From the IMG/VR virus record IMGVR_UViG_3300029305_004950, positions 61,430 through 125,429 of that record: DNA of 64,000 nt; one strand, given 5' to 3'. The stretch's first letter is position 1; every line of letters starts with the position of its first letter. Of the stretch, positions 28,901 to 37,171 are shown piece after piece. Both the position numbers and the translations under genes were made by a program. Under the pieces are notes generated by a model. It searched no databases, was not told the DNA's origin, and was given only the letters and a program-made list of their open reading frames with translations. The stretch comes from a virus (lineage: Duplodnaviria; Heunggongvirae; Uroviricota; Caudoviricetes).

Positions 28901-29925
28901 AAATATTTCATTACCTTAATGTTATCAAAACCGAAAATATCAAGAACGTTAATAATTGCCTTTGTAGTACCTTTATTCTTAATCAAGTAATTGATATTTT
29001 TAAGAATACGTTTCTGATACTTTAAGGGAAAATCAAAAAAGTAATCTAAACCATAAGATAAAAATAGGTTTCTTATAGAATATTCATCAAAGAAATCTAT
29101 ATCATCCATATTTTCCATACGACTAGCAAGAAATCTTTGAATTGTCATAAAGATGATTACTAGTTTACATAGATTATCATAATTAGGATTATCTATCTTA
29201 TAAGCCTTGTTATAACAAACTTTCATAAAATAGTTTAAACAATAGTTATAACATTCTTTAAATTTTGCGACTTCTACTGACGATAATATTCCTTCTTTAT
29301 AATGGAGAATTGAAAAATTAGGGTAAAGTCTAGCTGCTACAAAAAAAGGAAGATTTGTATTAGCTGTAAATTCTTCTGGGCTAGTAATGATTTCTTCTTT
29401 TTCTTCTATATAATATTTATAGATCTTAGCATAATAATCATTATAATCGCCTTTTTTCATATAATTAGTATAAACTTGAAAACGTTTTAACTCTAATAAC
29501 TGATCTTTTTCCTTATCTGTTAAAGATTCTAAAGTCTCTTTTACTGGATTAATAAGTCTTATATCTGTTTTAGTGATAGTATAATCAACATAGTTTTGAG
29601 AACGTTTTAAATCTAATAACTGATATTTTTCTTCATCTGTTAAAGATGATACTTTTTCTTTTGTTTTATTGATTTTCTGTATATCTCGTTTAGTAATGAC
29701 ATAGTCAGTTAAACTATCATTTTTTATACTTGGTCTAATATAATTAGATAAGTTATCTGCTCTTAACATAACTCTAGTTAGTTCATAAGCTCTAGTAGAA
29801 CTATCTATAGTTTCAGCTTCATCTGCTTTCTCCTGATCTTTTATTACTAATTTCTCGCAAAAATCAATAAGATTATTAATCTCAACTATTGATCGTTTAT
29901 CAGTAAAGTAGTTTTCTAAACGCAT
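25954..29925 (-). CDS. large baseplate wedge-like protein (T4 gp7 / P2 gpI-like region)
   Basis: NINYLIKNKGTTKAI motif; late promoter; 1323 aa. Confidence 0.55.
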   Translation of the reverse strand: MRLENYFTDKRSIVEINNLIDFCEKLVIKDQEKADEAETIDSSTRAYELTRVMLRADNLSNYIRPSIKNDSLTDYVITKRDIQKINKTKEKVSSLTDEEKYQLLDLKRSQNYVDYTITKTDIRLINPVKETLESLTDKEKDQLLELKRFQVYTNYMKKGDYNDYYAKIYKYYIEEKEEIITSPEEFTANTNLPFFVAARLYPNFSILHYKEGILSSVEVAKFKECYNYCLNYFMKVCYNKAYKIDNPNYDNLCKLVIIFMTIQRFLASRMENMDDIDFFDEYSIRNLFLSYGLDYFFDFPLKYQKRILKNINYLIKNKGTTKAIINVLDIFGFDNIKVMKYFLCKDYEKDSAGNILIDKPSLHFYGMDVEIENIEEGLQDKNTIVYDYEEFIKDDKYWYVSSENSDDNEYYDQYLTVLNDSFNFIYSKYISIDSFMNLTKFGIDFSNFNNLLYQIEEKYKNKDGIGLNKLYFYNYNVSPQKINLLNAVLCLYSLVMKKYNYVDNIVKAPSAIARVYGFNYNDLLDDVYHFTTKYLLTKSSRLYDILNGDLQNLIDCRYKTYLANEELTESDYSFDTYLIEQLEKDIEKNYNFYYLLPENLQKSIKQDYYVYIDSNKIKEIDYPLEKYMEKIVAVDILKENDSISSYIINILLEDIEKEFEQFLQHYNLDRNTVLINYYIQQYIQLKLSKKEFEDIKTNHPELFESIINQTNINTIIDNYREFKNYTYFTEKEFKKIAERYLFESYIKLDTIKLYIDRFLEDEITVSEFDKFSSQFILSEEYETMAKDFLDGKLTLNKFKSSIPKNLSYRSILVNYYTTIYLNSTRKLKESMEFKERYLITKTLITSMCEDYLNGDLTEGEFRTNLQNKNLTFGDIVFKYLTYKLLNDEFSEIMEENINIYMSYIDQYDFSNSVLIDEIEYYRSWNKEGLLSKSELEDYLKNYDTSPTFDFYTLRGIHNPDSIKYLTNAAIEKYKNNNFIQIDRDKNMNQATFVNIFKTDNNLRKKIEETILETQNYRVFRYYQALYHCCCTSNYRYELFGTYKTFYEYLKDNDPHIAAYIDKLLSAVEDNPADREVIFNEYILELCNGIEAYLDDDEFDFIIQGNTIINDYIKELIYQLVDFIKSYTVQLRDLNTILLFDEKFHNTFFMHEEIAMDSQDYIADLESLLDEIRVLNNQGFVDVIPTLQDLLKLRVILNTKNNEFIDIKDIIKKFLVTDYKSELYALLDMTRNESNIGYVSILSELIDKLSISHELTLDDISQIKFVLEKILENCNRRSDLFTINDEISNIENTNGLVSGVNLKDSITAIVTLNDGLDTEITLTF

Positions 29926-29962
29926 AGCTACAAATCTAACCTCCTCTCTTATTATCTTCGAT

Positions 29963-29974
29963 TATTGTATTGTT
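29963..29974 (-). promoter_or_regulatory. late promoter motif AACA-ATACAA-TA
   Basis: upstream of 29925. Confidence 0.65.
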
Positions 29975-30023
29975 AAGATGGTGAAAAATTAATGAAATAA
30001 GGAAATTTCTCACTGGAACATAG

Positions 30024-30059
30024 AAAAAAAAAGAAACTCTAATTAAAGAGTTTCTTTTT
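30024..30059 (-). terminator. intrinsic terminator
   Basis: AAAAAGAAACTCT/AGAGTTTCTTTTT. Confidence 0.85.
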
Positions 30060-30069
30060 ATAAATTAGA

Positions 30070-30333
30070 TTACCATCTAATAGTATATTCGTTTCCTTCA
30101 AAATAGTCACCATCTTTGAATTTTCTAGATTCAATTTCATAACCAATTGATCTAAAAAATTCCTTAGTTTCCTTCTTTGAAGGAAACTGACAATTAGGTG
30201 AATCTCTAAAAGTTACATAAGACTCACCTCTTTTAATTGCTTTACGAATCATTCGGTCTACAACATTAAAGGGATTTTTATTTTCCTGTCTAACCTTATT
30301 TGTCAATTCTCTTGCTGTGCTTGCGTAAATCAT
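30070..30333 (-). CDS. hypothetical protein
   Basis: AAGGAG RBS. Confidence 0.75.
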   Translation of the reverse strand: MIYASTARELTNKVRQENKNPFNVVDRMIRKAIKRGESYVTFRDSPNCQFPSKKETKEFFRSIGYEIESRKFKDGDYFEGNEYTIRW

Positions 30334-30355
30334 GTTTAGTCATTCTCCTTATTAT

Positions 30356-30979
30356 TTATACATATTTTTCAAAACCAAGGACTCTCTTTTCTTCAGGTGT
30401 AAGTTTACTAAGAGCAGATTTCATAATTCTATCTTTATGTAGGACTTCTTGTAGATTACGATAAGCTACATAATCTTCAAAAGTCTTAAAGACTCTAAGA
30501 TTTACTTCACTTATTCTTGTACATTCATTTCTATCTTCTGAAATCTGCTTAGCCAATTCCTTACTCTCTGTATAAAACAGGGGTCTATTAAGACCACTAT
30601 CAATAGCCTTAAAAATTGCCCAAAGCTTCAAAGTACTAGGTTTTTCAATTATCTCCCTATCAATTCTTAGATTAGGATTTCTACCGAGAAGAGTATATTC
30701 AAAACCAACATGTTGCATTGTTACATACTCACAATCATCAGTCATTGGATGTTTTACTCTTGATTTTAAAACTTCCCAACCTAACTTCCTAAAGTAATCA
30801 GCAACAGATTTTGCTGCAGATTTACTATGAATAGGAACATAAATTTCGAATTTAAATGAGCCATCTTCATATGTTCTAGTTGGTTCTTGCTTATAGATAA
30901 CTTCTTTGATAGTATTGATTCCAATTTCTTTATCTCTGTCTCGTCTCTCTTCAATGGTTAATATTGCTTCATTAGTCAT
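30356..30979 (-). CDS. hypothetical protein
   Basis: AGAAAGG RBS, 207 aa. Confidence 0.8.
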   Translation of the reverse strand: MTNEAILTIEERRDRDKEIGINTIKEVIYKQEPTRTYEDGSFKFEIYVPIHSKSAAKSVADYFRKLGWEVLKSRVKHPMTDDCEYVTMQHVGFEYTLLGRNPNLRIDREIIEKPSTLKLWAIFKAIDSGLNRPLFYTESKELAKQISEDRNECTRISEVNLRVFKTFEDYVAYRNLQEVLHKDRIMKSALSKLTPEEKRVLGFEKYV

Positions 30980-31011
30980 TATGTAAGCGTCCTTTCTTGT
31001 TATCTGAATTA

Positions 31012-31044
31012 AAAGGAGAGGTTTATTGCTAAAACCTCTCCTTT
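31012..31044 (-). terminator. intrinsic terminator
   Basis: AAAGGAGAGGTTT/AAACCTCTCCTTT. Confidence 0.8.
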
Positions 31045-31048
31045 CTCC

Positions 31049-31327
31049 TCATTCCTCATCCTTGATGTTGACCTCGAACTGGCATATGGATCTAACTTCG
31101 CCAGTATCAAGATCCTTAAAGGTCATGACATTACAGTCCAATTCTCGATTATATCTAACCGATTCAATACTACATCTGCCAGAACCCCTTTCACCATTTT
31201 CTGCAGTATAACCCATACCACAAATCTTGTACGTATAGGTTTTACCTCTCATGGATCTTTCAAGTTGCCTTGCCCCATCCCTAAAAACTCGATCAAGATG
31301 AGCCTCGACAGATTGATTATAAGCCAT
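31049..31327 (-). CDS. GC-richer hypothetical protein
   Basis: AAGGAAGG RBS; visibly higher GC than flanks. Confidence 0.75.
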   Translation of the reverse strand: MAYNQSVEAHLDRVFRDGARQLERSMRGKTYTYKICGMGYTAENGERGSGRCSIESVRYNRELDCNVMTFKDLDTGEVRSICQFEVNIKDEE

Positions 31328-31347
31328 AACTAAATATCCTTCCTTTC

Positions 31348-31686
31348 TTAAAAATTAGATTTTAGATAATCGAAGTTAATTACGTTTCTAATGTCATTGA
31401 AATTATTGAGTTTATAGATCTCTACAATTTCATAACCATAGTAACGTTCTTTCATTTCTAATAGCTTATAACGATATTCTCTTAAAGGTGCTTCTAATGT
31501 ACCTTCAATAGACATACCATCTAAACTACCTAAAGTTAGATCATCATTGTATCTACTTAGAAAAATAACTACATCTTTGAAACAAACTATCTCACTTTCT
31601 TCAAAGATAACTAAAATACCAAATTCGCCATTTTTTGCCTTAACCTTTGAAAATGGACTTAAATCGCTTTTACTTAAACCTTCCAT
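31348..31686 (-). CDS. hypothetical protein
   Basis: AAGGAG RBS after early promoter. Confidence 0.75.
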   Translation of the reverse strand: MEGLSKSDLSPFSKVKAKNGEFGILVIFEESEIVCFKDVVIFLSRYNDDLTLGSLDGMSIEGTLEAPLREYRYKLLEMKERYYGYEIVEIYKLNNFNDIRNVINFDYLKSNF

Positions 31687-31726
31687 AAAACATCTCCTTT
31701 AGTATGATTTATTCTTTATTACAAGG

Positions 31727-31760
31727 TTAGTATATATAACTATAAATCTTAAAAATACGG
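31727..31760 (-). promoter_or_regulatory. early promoter CGTATTT-N14-TATATATACTAA
   Basis: bipartite motif; back-to-back with late promoter at 31765. Confidence 0.65.
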
Positions 31761-31764
31761 AAAT

Positions 31765-31776
31765 AACAACTCTATA
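31765..31776 (+). promoter_or_regulatory. late promoter motif AACA-ACTCTA-TA
   Basis: upstream of 31809. Confidence 0.6.
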
Positions 31777-31808
31777 AAAGATTCAATAAAAGAAGGTGTT
31801 TAAACTAT

Positions 31809-32444
31809 ATGATACCAGAAAATAACAAAATTGTTGATATTTCTTCTGTATTAGAAGAAAATGGAAATGTTTCAATACAATCCCCTCAATCTTACTATAA
31901 ACTACCTTACTACGCAACTGCTTTCTATGAAGAAGGAGAATTTAATAAGTTCATAAAGAATGTAGAAAAAGATGTTCGTAAATCCGATGAATATTCCGCA
32001 TATCTATGGAATCTAAGAAATCAAGGTTTAGAAGCTTGTTCTTTCTTAGGAAATGTTAATGACGAAAATGCTACTATCGAATTCCATCATTATCCTTTTA
32101 CTCTATTCGATATAGTTGCTACTGTAACTGAGAAGAGATTATTCAATAAAGAACCAACTAGTACTTTCTTAGTTGCATCTGAAGTATTAAAACTACATTT
32201 TGATAATAAAGTAGGATTATTACCTTTATCCAAAACTGTACATGAATTAGCTCATGCTGGAGAAATCTTTATAAATCTAAATCAAGTATTTGGTAATTTC
32301 CAACAGTTTGTTAATGAATATGAAAAATATATACCATTAGAAGCTAAGAACGCATATAATAAAGTAATAGAAGCCAGTAAGAACGATATTACGTACAGCG
32401 ATAAAGATGTATTGAGTTATAAAGGTAAAAAGGAGGAGATTTAA
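31809..32444 (+). CDS. HNH-like protein, paralog of 41853 ORF
   Basis: CSFLG..IEFHHYPF ... LLPLSKTVHELAH. Confidence 0.5.
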   Translation: MIPENNKIVDISSVLEENGNVSIQSPQSYYKLPYYATAFYEEGEFNKFIKNVEKDVRKSDEYSAYLWNLRNQGLEACSFLGNVNDENATIEFHHYPFTLFDIVATVTEKRLFNKEPTSTFLVASEVLKLHFDNKVGLLPLSKTVHELAHAGEIFINLNQVFGNFQQFVNEYEKYIPLEAKNAYNKVIEASKNDITYSDKDVLSYKGKKEEI

Positions 32445-33428
32445 ATGAAAAAATCTTTTGGTGCTATTTTTTCACCTGCAGATGTTAGAGATTATCGTAT
32501 ATCAAAAGCTGTAAACTATGATTTTCCTGAAGAGTTTAGTTTACCTTATATACCAACTGTAAAAAATCAAGGCGATATTGGTTCATGTGTCGCTCATTCT
32601 ATTGCATCAACAATAGAATATTTCTCATATATACAAGGTGATGAGACAAAAGAAATGTCTATTGGTTACATCTATGGAAATAGACGTAATACTAAACATT
32701 ATGGTAGTGGTATGATTGTTAGAGATGCACTTACTTCTACTTGTAAGTATGGAGATATAATAAATGAGTTTTTCCCTTATAACATTGAAGTTCCAAATGC
32801 TATTAAAGAATTTGAAAAAACCGTAGATATCTTTTTTGAAAAAGGTTATCCTAATAGATTTTCATCTTATTTCAGATGTTATAATAATAACGATATTAAA
32901 AATGCTCTATTCAATAAGAAATCTCCTGTTATTTTTGGTATACAATGGTTTTCTGATATAAAAGTTAATCGATATACTGGAATTATTGAAACTAGCATTA
33001 ACTATAATGCAACTGATGGTGGACATTGTATGGTTATCTATGGTTGGAATAAGGATGGATGGATAATCCAAAATTCTTGGGGTCTTGAATGGGGTATAAA
33101 TGGAAAAGCTATACTTCCTTATGAAGTTCCAATTGAAGAAGCTTGGGGAGTTATTGATGAAATTTCTGAAAATTTAAGAAAGAAAAAAATAAAAGAATTA
33201 GAAAACCTTAATAATGAAACTATTGATGAAATCTTAGCTCTCGATGCTAAAGAAGATGCAGAAAAACTTAAACGTCTTGAAGATTTAGTTGATGAGAGAA
33301 ATTTAGAAATTGAAAGATTAAAAAATGAAGATAGTGATATTAAGAAACCTTATAATTCAAAAATCGGAAAAATTGTTGCTAAAGTTTTTAACTCTATTCT
33401 AAAAATTTCTAAAAAAAGTAAACAATAA
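32445..33428 (+). CDS. papain-like (C1) cysteine protease
   Basis: NQGDIGSCVAH (Gln/Cys), GGHCMVIYGW (His), QNSWG (Asn). Confidence 0.9.
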   Translation: MKKSFGAIFSPADVRDYRISKAVNYDFPEEFSLPYIPTVKNQGDIGSCVAHSIASTIEYFSYIQGDETKEMSIGYIYGNRRNTKHYGSGMIVRDALTSTCKYGDIINEFFPYNIEVPNAIKEFEKTVDIFFEKGYPNRFSSYFRCYNNNDIKNALFNKKSPVIFGIQWFSDIKVNRYTGIIETSINYNATDGGHCMVIYGWNKDGWIIQNSWGLEWGINGKAILPYEVPIEEAWGVIDEISENLRKKKIKELENLNNETIDEILALDAKEDAEKLKRLEDLVDERNLEIERLKNEDSDIKKPYNSKIGKIVAKVFNSILKISKKSKQ

Positions 33429-33469
33429 AAAAAGAGGATATTGACTAAATTGTCAATATCCTCTTCTTA
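33427..33469. terminator. bidirectional terminator
   Basis: AAGAGGATATTGAC/GTCAATATCCTCTT. Confidence 0.9.
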
Positions 33470-33471
33470 TA

Positions 33472-33837
33472 TTATACATAGTAAGGATTGGGCTTGAAAA
33501 CATACGCAATACAATCAAGAATCCAACCAATACCACAGAGACCACCAGTGCAGAGATAAAGAATTCCCATACCAGTCTTTCCTTCATAGAACTTATGAGC
33601 ACCGAAAATACCAAAGCACCAGCAGAGCAGAAGAGCAACCCACTTGTTTCTCAGTCTGCCAGTAAATACAGTAGAACCATTCTGATTGATATTGGTATTG
33701 CTGTTATTGTTATTGTTGTTAATAACAATAGGCTGCTGATTGGAAGCTTGTCGAATTTCTTCAACCTGACCACCGCAATGAGGACACACAACACTGTAAT
33801 CATTGATCTGCTTACCGCAATACTTACAATACTTCAT
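33472..33837 (-). CDS. zinc-ribbon plus TM2 domain membrane protein
   Basis: YCKYCG..CPHCG; KWVALLLCWCFGIFGAHKFYEGKTGMGILYLCTGGLCGIGWILD. Confidence 0.9.
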   Translation of the reverse strand: MKYCKYCGKQINDYSVVCPHCGGQVEEIRQASNQQPIVINNNNNNSNTNINQNGSTVFTGRLRNKWVALLLCWCFGIFGAHKFYEGKTGMGILYLCTGGLCGIGWILDCIAYVFKPNPYYV

Positions 33838-33902
33838 TTTTAATTTCTCCTTTGTAAAAGTAAATGTATGTTTTAATGTTTTTATTTTTCTTTTTACTAT
33901 AG

Positions 33903-33936
33903 TTATAATATATATTTATAAATCTTGAAAGTACGG
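33903..33936 (-). promoter_or_regulatory. early promoter CGTACTT-N14-TATATATTATAA
   Basis: bipartite motif upstream of TM2 gene. Confidence 0.7.
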
Positions 33937-33937
33937 T

Positions 33938-33976
33938 AAAAAAAGGATATTGACGTTTTTGCCAATATCCTTTTTT
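33938..33976 (-). terminator. intrinsic terminator, near-copy of the 33427 hairpin
   Basis: AGGATATTGAC/GCCAATATCCT. Confidence 0.85.
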
Positions 33977-33978
33977 CT

Positions 33979-34170
33979 TTAATCGATACCCATATCGTCT
34001 ATAACAGAAGCTAGAATATTCATTATCTTATCTGCACATATAGAACAAAGATTTGGTAACTTAATAGAACGAAAAACTTTTGAACATGTAGAATCGTTTA
34101 CATTTATACGATGAACATCTTTTTTAAGTTCAATAATCTGCCCACAATTATCACATCGACAAGCAATCAT
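33979..34170 (-). CDS. small zinc-finger protein
   Basis: CDNC ... CSIC. Confidence 0.7.
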   Translation of the reverse strand: MIACRCDNCGQIIELKKDVHRINVNDSTCSKVFRSIKLPNLCSICADKIMNILASVIDDMGID

Positions 34171-34358
34171 TCAAAATCAATTCCCTTCACTTCATTAAGA
34201 ACATCCAAAGCATTTTCAATAGCAAGATGAAGATTATTAATCTTATCTTTCCTTTCTTTACTGTTAGCAATACTTCTAAGAGCAGAAGTATCAGTCAAAA
34301 GTTCAGAAAGTGTATTCTTCATGCTGGACATCTTAAGTTCATATCTAGGGTTTCTCAT
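34167..34358 (-). CDS. hypothetical helical protein
   Basis: AGAAAGG RBS. Confidence 0.7.
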   Translation of the reverse strand: MRNPRYELKMSSMKNTLSELLTDTSALRSIANSKERKDKINNLHLAIENALDVLNEVKGIDFE

Positions 34359-34387
34359 TTTTATAGTTTCCTTTCTTATTTTATTGA

Positions 34388-35044
34388 TTAATCAAGAAGT
34401 TCCTTATCAATAATTTGGAAGTTAGCACGATGGATATAAAGAGCATGACCATCAATGTAAAGCTTAGTAAACTTAGGTAGATCATCAGGAACCTCCCAGT
34501 ATACATCATCACCTGAGAAAGCATAAATGGGAGAACCAGTCTGAGATTTAATAACAACTACCATTTGTTTACCAAACATATTCTTTACTTCATTTACCAT
34601 ACCAGCAATGAAAGTATTGTCAGAGAATCCATTAGCGGTAGAATCAATCTTATCAATATAGAAATTATATTCAGGTTTTAGACCATCCTCATAGAAAATA
34701 CAAGTATCACCACAGGAAATTAGCTGATTACCATCAATCGTAATAGTAATTACAGAACTTACAGTTTCAGTAGTATACCAAGAATCAGTATCTCTACTAT
34801 AAGTACTTTCTTCTACGATATTACTACTAATATTGATCTTTTCACCATGAGTAGTTAGAACTTTCTCACCAAAATTGGAGAAAGTATCAATTGTGTAAGT
34901 GTTACCAGTGATATCACCTTTAAGATCATTTACTCCACTTTCAAATGCAGCACAACCAGTAAATGTAGAAACAATGAAAAGAAACAGTGCAATAATGAAA
35001 ATTGCACTAACAATGTACTTGAGTCCTCTATTTTTGTTATTCAT
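34388..35044 (-). CDS. DUF5052-like lipoprotein
   Basis: signal peptide with lipobox FTGC; C-terminal IDGHALYIHRANFQIID. Confidence 0.7.
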   Translation of the reverse strand: MNNKNRGLKYIVSAIFIIALFLFIVSTFTGCAAFESGVNDLKGDITGNTYTIDTFSNFGEKVLTTHGEKINISSNIVEESTYSRDTDSWYTTETVSSVITITIDGNQLISCGDTCIFYEDGLKPEYNFYIDKIDSTANGFSDNTFIAGMVNEVKNMFGKQMVVVIKSQTGSPIYAFSGDDVYWEVPDDLPKFTKLYIDGHALYIHRANFQIIDKELLD

Positions 35045-35757
35045 TATTTATTCTCCTTTTCCTTCTGTGCTTTTTCAAATGCTCTTTGCATTTCAGTCTT
35101 TCCATCATTAGGATAAAGCTTTTCATGAAGTTCTTTATTCTTTTGAATTTTTTCCATTTCCTTCTTTTCTCTGTTAACTCTCTGTCTAACAGATTCTTGT
35201 CCCTTAGATTCCTTGATACAGTTCTTACATCTTTTAGGGGTATTAAGAGCATTTTTAAAATAAAAATTCAATTCACCTTTACTGAGATAGAATTCTTCAC
35301 CACAGATCTTACATGTTTGCTTATACCAAGCCATATCAAGAATTTCAGATTCAACAATTCTTTCTCTGAGAGATACAATATCCATTAAAGAACTAACAGA
35401 TGAAACAAGATTGAAATCATAAGGAATATAGTTTCCAAAAAGGATGTTATTTACCTTTTCCCAATCAATATCCTTTTCAAAATCATCACCAATTTTTGCT
35501 TTAGCAGCTGAGACAACATTAAGAATATAATTACAACGGAAAAACAGAGGATGAACCTTAAGAAATTCAATCTTATAATTGTCAAAACCTGCATTAATTC
35601 TTTCCATAGGATCTTTAATATCCTTTGCACGGTCCATACATTCTTGCATCATTGCATTAAGGTCAATACCTTGTTTCTTATAGTGCTCCTGTGCAATACT
35701 TCCAAGAAGTGCATATGTACTCAAGCTAGGATTTTTTCTAGTATTTTCATTAGTCAT
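35044..35757 (-). CDS. protein with C-terminal zinc ribbon (start revised to 35757)
   Basis: CKICGEEFYL..E..FY....TPKRCKNC. Confidence 0.75.
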   Translation of the reverse strand: MTNENTRKNPSLSTYALLGSIAQEHYKKQGIDLNAMMQECMDRAKDIKDPMERINAGFDNYKIEFLKVHPLFFRCNYILNVVSAAKAKIGDDFEKDIDWEKVNNILFGNYIPYDFNLVSSVSSLMDIVSLRERIVESEILDMAWYKQTCKICGEEFYLSKGELNFYFKNALNTPKRCKNCIKESKGQESVRQRVNREKKEMEKIQKNKELHEKLYPNDGKTEMQRAFEKAQKEKENK

Positions 35758-35773
35758 TTTAGTTATTCTCCTT

Positions 35774-36136
35774 TTAATCAATCAATGTAGGTCTATAAGC
35801 TTTTTCAGGATTTTTCATTAAAAATGTAGTCCATTTTTTAAACTGTTCTTTTGAAAATTTATCTATATCCATGTCTTTAGAAACAATTTTTCTTTTACCA
35901 TTCCACATAGTTACCATTACATCATAATCAAAATCTTTAATAAGTCTTTGATCTTCTGTATTATAGTAATCATCACATGAATACTTAATTAGATGTAAAT
36001 CTTCAGGTATATGAATTCGATAGATAATCTTTCCTACATAATCTGTAAGACCCTTTAATTTTCGATGACTAGTCATTCGAAAATCACATATCTTATCATA
36101 TGGTTTACAATTAGCTGTAATATAACGATATTTCAT
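35774..36136 (-). CDS. hypothetical protein
   Basis: ORF in operon. Confidence 0.7.
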   Translation of the reverse strand: MKYRYITANCKPYDKICDFRMTSHRKLKGLTDYVGKIIYRIHIPEDLHLIKYSCDDYYNTEDQRLIKDFDYDVMVTMWNGKRKIVSKDMDIDKFSKEQFKKWTTFLMKNPEKAYRPTLID

Positions 36137-36140
36137 TACT

Positions 36141-36428
36141 TTATTCACCAATCAAAATCCAAAGTTTTCTTTTCTTCTTTGCTTTCAACTCATTGATAAA
36201 ATCTACTTTATCAAGACTAACCATAAGTTCAGGTTTGTTTCTTCTGATTTCACTTGTAGAAGGATAGATACCAAGTTCTACTAGAATCTTAGGCAAGAAT
36301 CTTTCCTCTGTGAACAATGTCTTTTCCTTTTCAACACACTCCCAATCGTTTTCATCTGTTGCAAATACCTCGCTAGGATCTACCAATGGCTTACCAATGA
36401 CAATGTTTTCAATATACAATTTTGTCAA
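36141..36428 (-). CDS. hypothetical protein, possibly S4-like helix
   Basis: AAGGAG RBS; LVELGIYPSTSEIRRN. Confidence 0.7.
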   Translation of the reverse strand: MTKLYIENIVIGKPLVDPSEVFATDENDWECVEKEKTLFTEERFLPKILVELGIYPSTSEIRRNKPELMVSLDKVDFINELKAKKKRKLWILIGE

Positions 36429-36452
36429 CTCCTTTTTAGTATGTAACTAGAT

Positions 36453-36486
36453 TTAGAATATATACTTAAAAATTCAGTAAATACAG
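36453..36486 (-). promoter_or_regulatory. early promoter TGTATTT-N14-TATATATTCTAA
   Basis: bipartite motif. Confidence 0.7.
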
Positions 36487-36492
36487 AAAAAA

Positions 36493-36525
36493 ATCCATAG
36501 GTTCCATTAAAGAAACCTATGGATA
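36493..36525 (-). terminator. terminator hairpin, copy 1 of a 33-bp direct repeat
   Basis: ATCCATAGGTTCCATTAAAGAAACCTATGGATA. Confidence 0.9.
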
Positions 36526-36531
36526 AAATCG

Positions 36532-37104
36532 TTAAGAAATAATAAAGTTTAATGCATCGGATAGATACTCTCCATGTTCTAACCTATAACTTTTTCTATT
36601 CTTTAAAATACATTCTTCTTCCATTTCGTAAATCCAATTATCCCAATTTGTTGCAATTAAGTCACAAAATTTGATATCAGATCCACGAAGAAAGCATCTT
36701 CCAACCCACTCTGCTTTCAAATCTTTCTTAGGAAAAACAAGAGTATATTCAATACCAGCATCGTCTAAAGCATCACGAATTTCTTTATGTGTACTTACAA
36801 AGATATAATCTACTTTTCCAATGTTATTCTTAATGTATTCTATATAGTTCTGAGGGAATTCAGGATTACGTTTTCTTATTACTTCATCTTTAATCTTGTT
36901 AATGTAAAATCGACTATCTAATAGATGAGGTTTAGAATCCCATCTCTTTCTCTCAATTTCAAGTTCTTCTTCAGTTCTTATTCTTTCGTGCCAACTAAAA
37001 TTACTACTATCACTATCAAGAACAATAATGTCGTCTGGTCTATTATCAAAATAGTAAGTCTTCCCACAAGCAGGAAATGCAGAAATTACTTTTGTTTGCT
37101 TCAT
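36532..37104 (-). CDS. P-loop NTPase / nucleotide-kinase-like protein (start revised to 37104)
   Basis: ISAFPACGKT Walker A; LDSDSS; AGAAAGGAG RBS. Confidence 0.7.
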   Translation of the reverse strand: MKQTKVISAFPACGKTYYFDNRPDDIIVLDSDSSNFSWHERIRTEEELEIERKRWDSKPHLLDSRFYINKIKDEVIRKRNPEFPQNYIEYIKNNIGKVDYIFVSTHKEIRDALDDAGIEYTLVFPKKDLKAEWVGRCFLRGSDIKFCDLIATNWDNWIYEMEEECILKNRKSYRLEHGEYLSDALNFIIS

Positions 37105-37128
37105 ATAAACTCTCCTTTCTAAAAAAAT

Positions 37129-37161
37129 ATCCATAGGTTCTATTAAAGAAACCTATGGATA
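37129..37161 (-). terminator. terminator hairpin, copy 2 (32/33 identical)
   Basis: ATCCATAGGTTCTATTAAAGAAACCTATGGATA. Confidence 0.9.
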
Positions 37162-37171
37162 TTCAAAATTC

